In this document: positions 17,635-27,350 of the stretch, one piece after another
Position numbering within the stretch: the first letter of the stretch is position 1
How the letters are laid out: each line of letters opens with the position of its first letter
Source of the DNA: a virus
DNA length: 64,000 nucleotides
Virus genome (UHGV): UHGV-0129253
Strand: one strand, 5' to 3'
The notes under the pieces: generated by a model
The model's database searches: none
The model's input: only the letters and a program-made list of their open reading frames with translations
What the model was told of the DNA's origin: nothing
Program-made: the position numbers and the translations under genes

Positions 17635-17913
17635 TTATTTTAATCTGCTTAATAGCGTTTCGAGATCTTCCTTTGTCATATTAGAGTTCTCATAGATACG
17701 CATGATTTTCTCACGAGTCTTAGCGGAAGCCCCGACAGAAGATATAACCTTGTCAAAGTCGGCCATTGTCAATTGTTCCAGAATGGTATTTATGACTTCA
17801 GCCTTAGACATTTTGATATTTTTTTCTTTTAGTTTCACTTGAAACTTTCCAAGTTTGTCATTGGCCTTATCAGACAATGCTACCTGACAGTAAGTTGTTT
17901 TCTTTTCACTCAT
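17635..17913 (-). CDS. Hypothetical protein (92 aa)
   Basis: ORF immediately downstream of the helicase. Confidence 0.5.
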   Translation of the reverse strand: MSEKKTTYCQVALSDKANDKLGKFQVKLKEKNIKMSKAEVINTILEQLTMADFDKVISSVGASAKTREKIMRIYENSNMTKEDLETLLSRLK

Positions 17914-17915
17914 AA

Positions 17916-19475
17916 CTAATCTCGTTTCAGAACTCCAAAATCGAATGCTCCATCAATAGGCAATACACCTTCTGCAAAGCCAGGTGTGGTGTCGATGATG
18001 TGTTTTCGCTCATAAGAGTGAGACAACAGGTATTTGTTGCTAATGTCAATGAAATCAGTGATAAAACACACGTTTGCCTGATTTTTTTTGGCTCGTAAGC
18101 CACGACCGACACGCTGTCTCATTTCAACTTCTGCTTTCCCACCACCAGCAAGAATGACCGCACCAACGCTTGGCACATCAACACCAACATCCAGAATAGT
18201 CGAGCCTATTAAAACATCTATTTCACCAGACGCTAAACTATTCAGCTTTGCTTGCCTTGTCGTCTGGTTAGATTCCCCATAGATGAAATCAACTTTAAGA
18301 CCTGACTCCTTCATCATCTCCATCAGGATTTGCCCGTGGCGTTTAAGACGAACCAGAGTCATGCAGTTGAGTGAATGTTGCTTATAAAGCAATGCCTCGC
18401 GCACTATGGCCTCGTTACGTCCCAAATTATACACGATCCCCAACTGATAAGCCTTTTGGTAGGCGGTGCTCATACCAACTCTAAAATTGAGGTGTTTGTT
18501 GGCAAGTTCGGCCTTGATTCTGGTCTCGTCTGGCTTGTAGGCAACTTTATGATAAAGGAAGTACGGCTTTGCCAGAATGCCTCGATCAATCAGGTACTTT
18601 TCTGTGACTTTAATTTCAATTCGCCCGGCCACCGCCATCAGGCGCATGTTGGCTTCCGTCGAATCCTTCATGAACGGCGTGGCTGTAAGCGCCAGACGAT
18701 AGTCTGCGTTCACACATAATCTGGCGATGTCATAGAAATTTGAGCCTGAAGACTCATGCGCCTCTTCCAGAATAAGAAGAGAGACACTTGAAAGGAAGCG
18801 TTTCACCAACTCCCGACGTTTGAGGTGGTAGCTTTTCTTATCTGGTGTTGCATCGCGTGGTGGTTCTTCGAGGAAACTTGCAAGAGTTTGAACTGTAGCG
18901 ACGTTGATATGTCGTGATACCTGGAACTCACCCGAGCCAATGACTCCAACCTTTTGGTCTTTTAACCACGGTTCGCCATTTTCGGCGCGGTAGTCGATGG
19001 ATCTCTGGAAGTTTTCGGCCATTTGAAACATCAGAACAGAGCGGGTTGTTAAAAATAATGTCATTCGACCGATACGTGCAGCTGCTTTGCAGGCAACGTT
19101 AGATTTCCCGCCACCAGTAGCGATCTGCGCAATCATCATTCCCTCTCGAACCAGTGTTTCCACAGTCTGATCCTGATACGCATAATCAGGATTGTATGGG
19201 AATGGGTTAACCGCCGGATTTGGTTTACCAAGCGCCGGGGCTTTGTCTTTGCGGATATGAACACATTTGATGCCCGCCTTGTTCAAGTTCGCCGCTACAG
19301 GCTTGGCAAAGCCAGCAGGGAACGAGTTTTTACTCCAGTTGAACATCGTGCTTGTGCCCTTCCAGTCGCCAGTCTCGACTTCGTAGCTCAACATTTGCTG
19401 CACCAGTTGCTTTACCTTGTCATCTGCGCCAGAAATAAGCGCATTTACTGCGTTAGATACAATCCGAACAGTCAT
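17916..19475 (-). CDS. SF2 DEAD/DEAH-box helicase
   Basis: Motif I ATGGGKS, motif II ILEEAH, motif III LTATP, motif VI QRVGRGLR. Confidence 0.8.
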   Translation of the reverse strand: MTVRIVSNAVNALISGADDKVKQLVQQMLSYEVETGDWKGTSTMFNWSKNSFPAGFAKPVAANLNKAGIKCVHIRKDKAPALGKPNPAVNPFPYNPDYAYQDQTVETLVREGMMIAQIATGGGKSNVACKAAARIGRMTLFLTTRSVLMFQMAENFQRSIDYRAENGEPWLKDQKVGVIGSGEFQVSRHINVATVQTLASFLEEPPRDATPDKKSYHLKRRELVKRFLSSVSLLILEEAHESSGSNFYDIARLCVNADYRLALTATPFMKDSTEANMRLMAVAGRIEIKVTEKYLIDRGILAKPYFLYHKVAYKPDETRIKAELANKHLNFRVGMSTAYQKAYQLGIVYNLGRNEAIVREALLYKQHSLNCMTLVRLKRHGQILMEMMKESGLKVDFIYGESNQTTRQAKLNSLASGEIDVLIGSTILDVGVDVPSVGAVILAGGGKAEVEMRQRVGRGLRAKKNQANVCFITDFIDISNKYLLSHSYERKHIIDTTPGFAEGVLPIDGAFDFGVLKRD

Positions 19476-19520
19476 AAACCTCTTTCCTTAGTGCCTTTTG
19501 TATGTTATTTGGCTATTATA

Positions 19521-19540
19521 ATAAGTAAGTGATTACTTAG
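19521..19540. promoter_or_regulatory. Late-type motif ATAAGTAAGTGATTACTTAG in divergent promoter region
   Basis: First member of the (G)ATA(A/G)GTAAGTA...TACTTA family. Confidence 0.4.
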
Positions 19541-19557
19541 TGGATTGTAGCAATAAA

Positions 19558-20238
19558 ATGGATGTAAAAATCACGATTTTGCAGGTTGATGTTGCCAACC
19601 TTCGCCCGAATACCTGGAACACCAATTCGGTTGGTGCGCAGAATTTTGAAAAACTGAAAGGTTCTATCGAAAAATTGGGCTTTTTTAAGCCAATTTTGGC
19701 TCGTGAACTTGAAGATGGATTTTTTGAAATCCTCGGCGGTGAACATCGCTGGCGTGCTGCTATTGAGCAAGGAATTTCAACGGTTCCGGTGCTTTCTGTG
19801 GGCAAAATTAGCGATGTCGTAGCTAAACAGATGTCACTGGTGGACAACGAGCGATACGGTGAAGACGACCAAATCGCATTGCAACGCTTCATTGAAGAAA
19901 TTCAGTCAGAACTTGACTATCAACTGTCTGAAATCGCCCCGTATGACGACGAAATCTCGATGGTTTTAGCAAAAGAGGCGGCAATCGACCTTGAAGCACT
20001 GGAGGCATTGTCTCGTGGTAGTGATGAGCCTGTCGATACCGACAAACGAGAGAAAACCGAACGTGTGGGTGCGGAACATCAGACCATGCGCTTCAAAGTA
20101 ACTTTCGATGCGTCAGATCGTGTTGCAGAAACCATAAAAAACATCATCAAAGAGCAGGCTATTAACACCGGTAATGAAATGGAGAACGCTGGTGAGGCTC
20201 TGGTGTGGCTGGTCGACTACTACAAGGAGCGTATGTAA
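19558..20238 (+). CDS. ParB/Srx-fold (ParB N-terminal domain) protein 1
   Basis: GxxRxxA motif (EILGGEHRWRAA); start ATG 19558 (track gives GTG 19540). Confidence 0.6.
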   Translation: MDVKITILQVDVANLRPNTWNTNSVGAQNFEKLKGSIEKLGFFKPILARELEDGFFEILGGEHRWRAAIEQGISTVPVLSVGKISDVVAKQMSLVDNERYGEDDQIALQRFIEEIQSELDYQLSEIAPYDDEISMVLAKEAAIDLEALEALSRGSDEPVDTDKREKTERVGAEHQTMRFKVTFDASDRVAETIKNIIKEQAINTGNEMENAGEALVWLVDYYKERM

Positions 20239-20906
20239 TGACCAAAAAGTTTGAAATCGTATATCGCGACCCGGCAGATCTTATTCCCTATGAGATGAAT
20301 GCCAAAAAGCATGATGAACAGCAGATCCGAGATCTGGCCGCAGCCATTAAAAAGCGCGGATTTGACCAGCCAATTACGGTCGATAAGAACGACGTAATTA
20401 TTACTGGCCACGGCCGCCGTGAGGCTGCAATTTTTGCTGGACTTGAGCGCGTACCGGTTATTGTTCGTGATGATCTGAGTGATGACGAGGTACGTGCAAA
20501 GCGTCTTGAAGATAACCGACTTGCCAGCATTGATTACGATGCAATTAAGCTACAGAAAGAGCTTGAGTCGCTTGTTCTGGACGATATCGAGGTTTTCGGC
20601 TTTGAAGAGCGTGAGTTGAATGTTCTCGTTGGCAGTATGACAGAAGAAATGGACACCGACTCGCTAGTTATCGATCTTGGCGAAGAAACTAAACGACAGA
20701 AGGATGAACACACCGAGATCAGTCGTGAAGTTGCAGCGGAAGAAGTACGTGTTGTCGACGTATTGGGCTTTAAAACGCTCCCTGCTGGCTCTGCCATTGT
20801 TGTTGGTGATTTGCTTGCCCATATGGAAGAAATGACGGGAGAAAGCGGGGTAGACGCATTTGTGGCATATGCGGAGAAGATCTCTTCCGGGGAGATGGCT
20901 GCATGA
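20238..20906 (+). CDS. ParB/Srx-fold (ParB N-terminal domain) protein 2
   Basis: ITGHGRREAA motif; start overlaps upstream stop. Confidence 0.6.
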   Translation: MTKKFEIVYRDPADLIPYEMNAKKHDEQQIRDLAAAIKKRGFDQPITVDKNDVIITGHGRREAAIFAGLERVPVIVRDDLSDDEVRAKRLEDNRLASIDYDAIKLQKELESLVLDDIEVFGFEERELNVLVGSMTEEMDTDSLVIDLGEETKRQKDEHTEISREVAAEEVRVVDVLGFKTLPAGSAIVVGDLLAHMEEMTGESGVDAFVAYAEKISSGEMAA

Positions 20907-21568
20907 GCAAATACATCATCAACGTATCGTTTCAGACACGCGTAAATAAAACCACGCGCACGTTGGAAATCGCTGAGTCGTTCGGGCTTGGCCTGGACGA
21001 AAAAGAGTGGACGCTTTACGACAATCTGGAGCTGGAAGTGAAGCAGGGCGATGTGGTGTACATCACCGGCCAATCCGGTTCCGGCAAATCCGTTGTGCTG
21101 CGCGAGTTGCAACGACAGATGAAGGATGAAGGGCTGTCTGTAGCCTCCATCGATGATTTTACCTTCGATAATGAGGTTAACGTCATCGATCAGTTGGGCA
21201 AAACGACCAGTGATGCGCTTGGGTTGTTATCTATGGCTGGTCTGAACGATGCATATCTGTTTGTTCGCAAGCCTTCTGAAATGTCAGACGGCCAGAAATA
21301 TCGTCTCAAGATTGCCAAACTGATTGAGTCAGGCGCTAAAGTGTGGGCTGCTGACGAGTTCGGCGCTGTTCTCGACCGTGTAACCGCTCAGGTTGTGGCG
21401 TCTAACCTCCAGCGTGCCGCTCGAAAGGTTGGTGCGACGGTAATGGTGGCGACGACTCACGAAGACCTGAAGAACGCGCTGCGCCCTGATATGCAGATCA
21501 CCAAGCACTACAAAGAACGCGTGAAGGTGGAATATCACAATGGTAGTCATGATGAGGTCCATTCATGA
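20903..21568 (+). CDS. ABC-type ATPase (stand-alone nucleotide-binding domain)
   Basis: Walker A GQSGSGKS, signature-like SDGQKYRL, Walker B VWAADEF, H-loop ATTHED; ATGA overlap. Confidence 0.65.
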   Translation: MSKYIINVSFQTRVNKTTRTLEIAESFGLGLDEKEWTLYDNLELEVKQGDVVYITGQSGSGKSVVLRELQRQMKDEGLSVASIDDFTFDNEVNVIDQLGKTTSDALGLLSMAGLNDAYLFVRKPSEMSDGQKYRLKIAKLIESGAKVWAADEFGAVLDRVTAQVVASNLQRAARKVGATVMVATTHEDLKNALRPDMQITKHYKERVKVEYHNGSHDEVHS

Positions 21569-22455
21569 CGGACATCATCATTAAACGCTACCGCCCTGAA
21601 GAGTTTCCGCGTCATCTGGACTTTCTGGAGCGAATGACTGTTACAAAGGGAACTGTAGAGGACTGGCACGCTCTTAAGTCGCTTCACTACAAAACAGACG
21701 GCAAACCTTTCGCGCCAACTTACTATCGCTGCGAACTTGATGACCGTCTGGTGGGCGTCGTGGTTATGGCTTACCCGAAACTACTGTTGGCACCTCGCCA
21801 CCGCATGTTTCCTAAGTTGAAACCAACCACTAATACCACCGTGGCTAACCAGTACTGGGGTCGGTACGTGAATAACAACTTTGCGGTGATCAGTCGCTCA
21901 GTTGTGGATACTCAGTATCGTGGCGTAGGCGTCTCTTATCGAATGATTAACCTGGTTAGCAGGATGCATGACCGGCCAATCATTGAGATCCAGTCCTCGA
22001 TGAGCAAATACAATCCCTTCGCCATGAAAGCAGGGTTTAAGTTCATCCGTCCGGAGCGTCCGAAGAGCTATGAGAGTGCGTTGCGCGTCTTCCAGCGTCA
22101 TTTCCGTTCCGACCCTGGCGACAACGAAGCGATCGTCAAAGAGCTGTTTGCCATGAGTGAGTCTCGCCGTCGTCGTGCGCTGCGTGATCTGGTCGCTGAC
22201 TACCACAAGAACAGTTCCCTGGCAAAAGCTGGGCGGAATCGTGGCACGACGATTCAGGACATTGCCGACAGTCTGGTGGACGAGGCCAGCATTGTGAAGC
22301 TGCTCAAGGACATTCACAACCTGAGCTTTACGTCTCCGTTGTATGGTGTGTACCGAAACCCTGACTTTGGCCGTCGACTGCCTGACACGCTGCCACTGCT
22401 GGCATTCGACAAACAACCTTTGGATAAACCGTTAGAAATTGCTTTACCGGCATAA
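21565..22455 (+). CDS. GNAT-fold acetyltransferase-like protein with uncharacterised C-terminal domain
   Basis: Motif A QYRGVGVS and motif B NPFAMKAGFKFI; ATGA overlap. Confidence 0.5.
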   Translation: MTDIIIKRYRPEEFPRHLDFLERMTVTKGTVEDWHALKSLHYKTDGKPFAPTYYRCELDDRLVGVVVMAYPKLLLAPRHRMFPKLKPTTNTTVANQYWGRYVNNNFAVISRSVVDTQYRGVGVSYRMINLVSRMHDRPIIEIQSSMSKYNPFAMKAGFKFIRPERPKSYESALRVFQRHFRSDPGDNEAIVKELFAMSESRRRRALRDLVADYHKNSSLAKAGRNRGTTIQDIADSLVDEASIVKLLKDIHNLSFTSPLYGVYRNPDFGRRLPDTLPLLAFDKQPLDKPLEIALPA

Positions 22456-22464
22456 GGATTTGCC

Positions 22465-22731
22465 ATGACGTTAACCGATAAACAAAAGGACATCATCAAA
22501 ACGCTCAATCTCGGTTATGAGCGAGGTCATCTACTTGACCTGGACGAATTGCTTGAAGTTTTGCCGTACAAGACAACCAAGCAAAGTATCCAGTTCTCAA
22601 TTCGCGCTCTGATAAAAAAGGGGCTGGTGGAGAAAGGGCATACGCGCCAACGCAGTGACAATCGCTATCACCGCCGGACTCTTGGGTTAACCACTTTAGG
22701 TCGAGCCAAAGCGAAGTTACTGGTGATGTAA
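22465..22731 (+). CDS. Small putative winged-helix DNA-binding protein (88 aa)
   Basis: AAGGA RBS; basic C-terminus. Confidence 0.45.
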   Translation: MTLTDKQKDIIKTLNLGYERGHLLDLDELLEVLPYKTTKQSIQFSIRALIKKGLVEKGHTRQRSDNRYHRRTLGLTTLGRAKAKLLVM

Positions 22732-22755
22732 TCGGTCTGGGAGCTTATTTAAAGA

Positions 22756-22810
22756 CCTGCTTCTGTATATATAAATAATAAGTAACTTATTAAATATATA
22801 CGGAAGCAGG
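22756..22810. repeat. 55-bp AT-rich long hairpin CCTGCTTCTGTATATATAAATAATAAGTAACTTATTAAATATATACGGAAGCAGG, copy 1
   Basis: Identical copy at 55785-55839. Confidence 0.6.
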
Positions 22811-22846
22811 CTTCGTAAGACATGCCAGACCTAATTAAACACCCCA

Positions 22847-22861
22847 GAAAACAAGTTGGTT
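22847..22861. promoter_or_regulatory. Early-type half-palindrome GAAAACAAGTTGGTT
   Basis: Upstream of TerS-like gene. Confidence 0.3.
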
Positions 22862-22872
22862 AGCAGATGCAG

Positions 22873-22888
22873 TAAACAAGTTGTTTTA
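22873..22888. promoter_or_regulatory. Early-type palindrome TAAACAAGTTGTTTTA
   Basis: ~40 nt upstream of ATG 22927. Confidence 0.35.
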
Positions 22889-22926
22889 GAGCGCATGGAC
22901 GCGCTCTGTGTGTTTTAGAGGGATCT

Positions 22927-23559
22927 ATGACGGTCGAAAAAGACGAGGTAAAAACTCGCCTGACACCAGCGGAGTGGGCCGAAGCTGAAGCCAAATGGAC
23001 GTCAGGCGAATATACACTCTCAAAGCTGGAGGAAGAGTACGGCATTCGTCGTGAAACACTCTCCAGACATTTCAAAAAGCGAGGATTAGAGAAAGGCGCG
23101 GACTCTGTTGGGAAGATGGTTCGTGAGTCTCTTAAATCTGACGCAGAGCTTCGCGCTAAAGCCCGTGCGGAAAAGATAGAAGAACGTCGTACACGTTATG
23201 ACGGCTGGGCGTATGCGTTGGGGCAGATGGTGATGGTCGAAGTCACTACGGCCAAACGTGAGGGTAAGCCTTTAGGGGCGATTGAGGATTCTCTCAAGAG
23301 CTTACAGAGAGCCAGTAATACCCTTGCAAAATGCTTTGAAGTTTCGTCCAAAGCATTGGGCATGGATCATGCGGAAAATGACGAGGAAGAAATTCCGAAC
23401 CTGGTATTTGGTGAGCTTACGCCTTCCCAGGTGGCGAAATTACGTCAGGAAGACGACGAGCCTGAAATCATCGATGACGAATTGCTTGAGACGTTAGAAG
23501 AAGAAGCTCTAAGCGAATTTGATGCGACAGATGATGGAAGTGAAGGGGAGGACGAATAA
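22927..23559 (+). CDS. Putative terminase small subunit (N-terminal HTH, acidic C-terminus)
   Basis: Directly upstream of and overlapping TerL. Confidence 0.5.
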   Translation: MTVEKDEVKTRLTPAEWAEAEAKWTSGEYTLSKLEEEYGIRRETLSRHFKKRGLEKGADSVGKMVRESLKSDAELRAKARAEKIEERRTRYDGWAYALGQMVMVEVTTAKREGKPLGAIEDSLKSLQRASNTLAKCFEVSSKALGMDHAENDEEEIPNLVFGELTPSQVAKLRQEDDEPEIIDDELLETLEEEALSEFDATDDGSEGEDE

Positions 23560-24815
23560 TGGCAATCCCGTCCTCGCTCAGTCTTGTGCAACTGCATTCT
23601 GGACAGATGAAAGTCTTCCAGTCTCCGCATCGATTTAAAGTTGTTTGTGCTGGTCGACGCTGGGGAAAATCCCGGTTGTCGATCTCCACTATTATTCGTG
23701 CGGCGGCAAAGGAAAAAAAGCAAAGGGTCTGGTATGTCGCTCCTACTTACCAGATGGCTCGCCAGATTTTGTGGGACGATCTACAGGAAGTTCTGCCTCG
23801 TAAGTGGGTTAGGAAAAAGAACGACACCACGATGACAATCGTGTTGAAGAACGGTTCGGAGATCGCCCTCAAAGGTGCTGATAAGCCTGACACTCTGCGC
23901 GGCGTAGCGTTGCATTTTGTAGTGCTTGATGAATTTCAGGATATGAAGGCTGACACCTGGTACAAGGTGTTACGACCTACTCTTTCATCGACACGCGGCG
24001 GTGCACTGATCATTGGTACGCCAAAAGGCTTCTCGGAATTTCACAAACTGTGGACTATAGGCCAGAACGTAGAGCTGCAAAGAAAGGGACAGTGGAAGAG
24101 CTGGCAGTTTGTAACTGCCGATTCTCCGTTTGTGCCTACGGCGGAAATTGAAGCTGCTAAGAACGATATGGACCCCAAATCGTTCGCTCAGGAGTACCTG
24201 GCCAGCTTTGAGAACATGTCCGGGCGCGTTTACTACCCGTTCGATCGTAACGTGCATGTAAAACCGCTTCAGTTCAACCCTCGGTTGCCTATATGGGTAG
24301 GGCAGGACTTCAACATTGACCCGATGTCTTCAGTAATTTTGCAACCTCAGCCAAATGGTGAGCTATGGGCAATTGATGAATTGGTGCTCTTTTCCTCTAA
24401 CACGGCAGAGGTTTGTGATGAGCTTGAGAGACGCTTCTGGCGCTGGAAATCACAGATAACGGTATTTCCAGATCCGGCAGGTGCTTATCGCCAACATGCT
24501 CGCGGGGAGTCTGACGTCGACATATTCAAAGAGAAGGGATTCTTACGTGTCGATTATTCGAAAAAGCACCCGCCAATTGCGGATCGTGTTAATGCTGTTA
24601 ACCGAATGCTGATGACCGCATCTGGAGATATCCGGCTGTATATCGATCCGAAGTGCAAGCATTTGATTGATTCACTGGAAAAAGTCATCTACAAGCCTGG
24701 AACACGAGATATGGATAAGACAGGTGGCATTGAGCATAGTGCAGACGCATTGGGCTATCCAGTACATCGTAGGTATCCAGTCAAAAACCGTGTTATTCTT
24801 GGTGGTTCTCGATAG
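23559..24815 (+). CDS. Terminase large subunit
   Basis: Walker A VCAGRRWGKS, Walker B VVLDEF, C-terminal nuclease-like region; followed by portal. Confidence 0.8.
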   Translation: MAIPSSLSLVQLHSGQMKVFQSPHRFKVVCAGRRWGKSRLSISTIIRAAAKEKKQRVWYVAPTYQMARQILWDDLQEVLPRKWVRKKNDTTMTIVLKNGSEIALKGADKPDTLRGVALHFVVLDEFQDMKADTWYKVLRPTLSSTRGGALIIGTPKGFSEFHKLWTIGQNVELQRKGQWKSWQFVTADSPFVPTAEIEAAKNDMDPKSFAQEYLASFENMSGRVYYPFDRNVHVKPLQFNPRLPIWVGQDFNIDPMSSVILQPQPNGELWAIDELVLFSSNTAEVCDELERRFWRWKSQITVFPDPAGAYRQHARGESDVDIFKEKGFLRVDYSKKHPPIADRVNAVNRMLMTASGDIRLYIDPKCKHLIDSLEKVIYKPGTRDMDKTGGIEHSADALGYPVHRRYPVKNRVILGGSR

Positions 24816-24830
24816 GTAAGTAATTATCTA
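24812..24830. promoter_or_regulatory. Late-type motif ATAGGTAAGTAATTATCTA
   Basis: 12 nt upstream of portal ATG. Confidence 0.4.
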
Positions 24831-24841
24831 AGGTTATTCAA

Positions 24842-26416
24842 ATGGAATTGAACGACAAACAAATTAAGGATCTGGTGGCGCGACGCCACCCGGAATACGA
24901 AAAGAAAAAAGAACATTGGGACTTCCTCGCCAGCACTTACGCTGGCGGGCGTGGTTGGTTTACAGACAATATCTTTCGTTACTTTAAAGAGGGAGATCAG
25001 GAGTTTAAGGAGCGAGTTGAACGTGCTTATCGCTTCAACCACACTCGTGAGGTGGTAAACCTCATCAACAAATATCTCTTTAAAGAAGACATTCATAGAA
25101 ATATCGAAGAGGCACCAGAGCAGATCCGCAATTTCTGGAAACGTGCGACTCGCCAGAATGCCTCTATTGACTCATTTATGGCCGCTATTGATTTGCAGTC
25201 GTCTATTTACGGTCGCATATGGGTTGTTGTCGATAGCACGATGAGTGGTGATGTTGAGTCAGTAGCTGACGAGAAAAAGAAAGATGCTCGCGCCTACGCC
25301 TACTGGATTTCACCTCAGCAAATGCTGGATGTGGCATGGGACGACGACGGGAATATGTTGTGGGCGTTAATTGTGGAAGTCGCTCGTGATGACGCAGATC
25401 CTTTTACTTCTACAGGTCAGGAATACCAACGTTATCGTCTGTGGACACAAAACGAGTGGTATCTGTTCCGCGAGGAAGTGAAGAAGGGCGCTGGTGGAGC
25501 AGGTCGCCGTCAGGCAAAAGTTATTTTAGAGGATAGCGGTGAGCATAATCTCGGCGTAGTTCCTGTGTTTCCTGTTGATTGTATTGGAGAAAGTGAATCA
25601 CCGTATTTCAGCCCATCGTTGATCGATGATATCGCTTATCTTGATCGTGCGGTTGCAAACTATCTGTCAAACCTTGATGCCATTATTCAGGATCAGACAT
25701 TTAGCCAGTTGGCTATACCGGTACAGTCGCTTTTACCTGGTGATGAAAACCACACTAAAGTGCTTGAAATGGGCACAAAGCGAGTCTTCACCTACGATTC
25801 TGAAGGTGGAAACCAGCCGTTTTATCTGTCACCAGACCCGAAACAAGCTCAGATGATCATCACTACGATTAAGACGGTGATTAACGAAATCTACCATTCA
25901 GTTGGTGTAGCTGGTGAGCGAACGAAGCAGGACAACGCACAGGGAATCGATAATTCATCTGGTGCCGCAAAAATGTATGACTTCCAGCGTGTAAATAGCT
26001 TGCTTGTCACAAAAGCAGAGCGTCTGGAAAGGGCTGAACGCCAAATCATGCTACTGGTTGCGAAATGGATGGGGGCAGATCTGGACGAAGACCACTCTTT
26101 AATTGCGTATCCAGAAAGTTTCGATATTCGTGGCCTTACTGATGAATTTTCTGTTGCCGAGAAACTGTCATTACTTCAGGCACCGGACTCTGTACGTCGT
26201 CACCAGATGGAAATGCTTATTGAGAAGATTTTCCCGAACATTACTGAGGCGATGAAAAAGGAATTTGATAAAGATCTCTTGAATTTTCCTCCAAAAAATG
26301 ATCTAAATACCCTTGAAAATAAGTCAGTACTTACTTATGATCGTGGTACGGCCCAAGAAAGCGGGCAAGATCAACCCCGAGGGAATGGGGACTCATCTAC
26401 TCAAGAGAACGAGTGA
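24842..26416 (+). CDS. Portal protein
   Basis: 524 aa, position between TerL and scaffold. Confidence 0.75.
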   Translation: MELNDKQIKDLVARRHPEYEKKKEHWDFLASTYAGGRGWFTDNIFRYFKEGDQEFKERVERAYRFNHTREVVNLINKYLFKEDIHRNIEEAPEQIRNFWKRATRQNASIDSFMAAIDLQSSIYGRIWVVVDSTMSGDVESVADEKKKDARAYAYWISPQQMLDVAWDDDGNMLWALIVEVARDDADPFTSTGQEYQRYRLWTQNEWYLFREEVKKGAGGAGRRQAKVILEDSGEHNLGVVPVFPVDCIGESESPYFSPSLIDDIAYLDRAVANYLSNLDAIIQDQTFSQLAIPVQSLLPGDENHTKVLEMGTKRVFTYDSEGGNQPFYLSPDPKQAQMIITTIKTVINEIYHSVGVAGERTKQDNAQGIDNSSGAAKMYDFQRVNSLLVTKAERLERAERQIMLLVAKWMGADLDEDHSLIAYPESFDIRGLTDEFSVAEKLSLLQAPDSVRRHQMEMLIEKIFPNITEAMKKEFDKDLLNFPPKNDLNTLENKSVLTYDRGTAQESGQDQPRGNGDSSTQENE

Positions 26417-26437
26417 TAAGTAACAAAAGGAATTTTT

Positions 26438-27325
26438 ATGAATCTGTGGCAAATGCTTTTGGCCCGTCGTGGTCTGATGGATGTCGCTGAAGCGCATGAG
26501 CGTGGAGGCGCTGGCGGTGTAGCTGCTGATAATGAGCAGAGTACACAAGATCCTGACAAACAGGGTGAACAAAAAGAGCAGCCGAAGGGCGATGACGAAT
26601 ACGCTGGCATGACTCAGGAAGAGTTACTGGCCGAACTTCGTAAAACCAAGAAAGCTGGTGCTGAACTGCTGAAGGAGAACATGAAGCGCAAAGAGAAAGA
26701 GCGCACATTGGCCGATCAGCTTGCTCAGTACGGTGATATCGATCCGGCTCGTGCTCGCCAGCTTTTAGAAGCTGAACAGGCCGCAGAAAACGCACGTCGT
26801 GAGGCGGAGCAAGCTGAACTGGAGCGTCGTGGTGAGTTCGATGCTGTTAAAAAACAGATGATCGAAGCACACCAGGCAGAGCTGGCACAGCGTGACGAAC
26901 GTTATGCAGCACTGGAAAGTGAAAACGCATCACTGAAATCTCAATTAGTCGAGATGACCGTGGGCGCTTCCTTCAGTAACTCTCTCTTCCTACGTGACAA
27001 AGTTCTGATGACCCCGGCAAAAGCCCGCGTGATCTACGGTTCTCATTTTGAAGTGGGTGAAGACGGTAGCGTAGTGGGTTATGACAAACCGGCAGGTCAC
27101 AAAGAACGAGCTGTTCTGGTTGACGGTGAAGGTAAGCCGTTGCCGTTTGAATCCGCGATTGAACGCATTGTGCGGGCAGATCCGGAAGCTGACGCATTGA
27201 TGCGTAGCGAAGCCAAGCAGGGTGTAGGCTCACATTCCAAATCGACCTACACAATATCCCAACCGAAGAACAAGTCGACTATGGATAAGTTGGCCTCCGG
27301 TCTGGGGAAAATTGGACTTAAGTAA
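26438..27325 (+). CDS. Scaffolding protein
   Basis: Charged coiled-coil-rich 295 aa between portal and capsid. Confidence 0.55.
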   Translation: MNLWQMLLARRGLMDVAEAHERGGAGGVAADNEQSTQDPDKQGEQKEQPKGDDEYAGMTQEELLAELRKTKKAGAELLKENMKRKEKERTLADQLAQYGDIDPARARQLLEAEQAAENARREAEQAELERRGEFDAVKKQMIEAHQAELAQRDERYAALESENASLKSQLVEMTVGASFSNSLFLRDKVLMTPAKARVIYGSHFEVGEDGSVVGYDKPAGHKERAVLVDGEGKPLPFESAIERIVRADPEADALMRSEAKQGVGSHSKSTYTISQPKNKSTMDKLASGLGKIGLK

Positions 27326-27350
27326 CATCTAAATCAAAGGGAATTGATAG

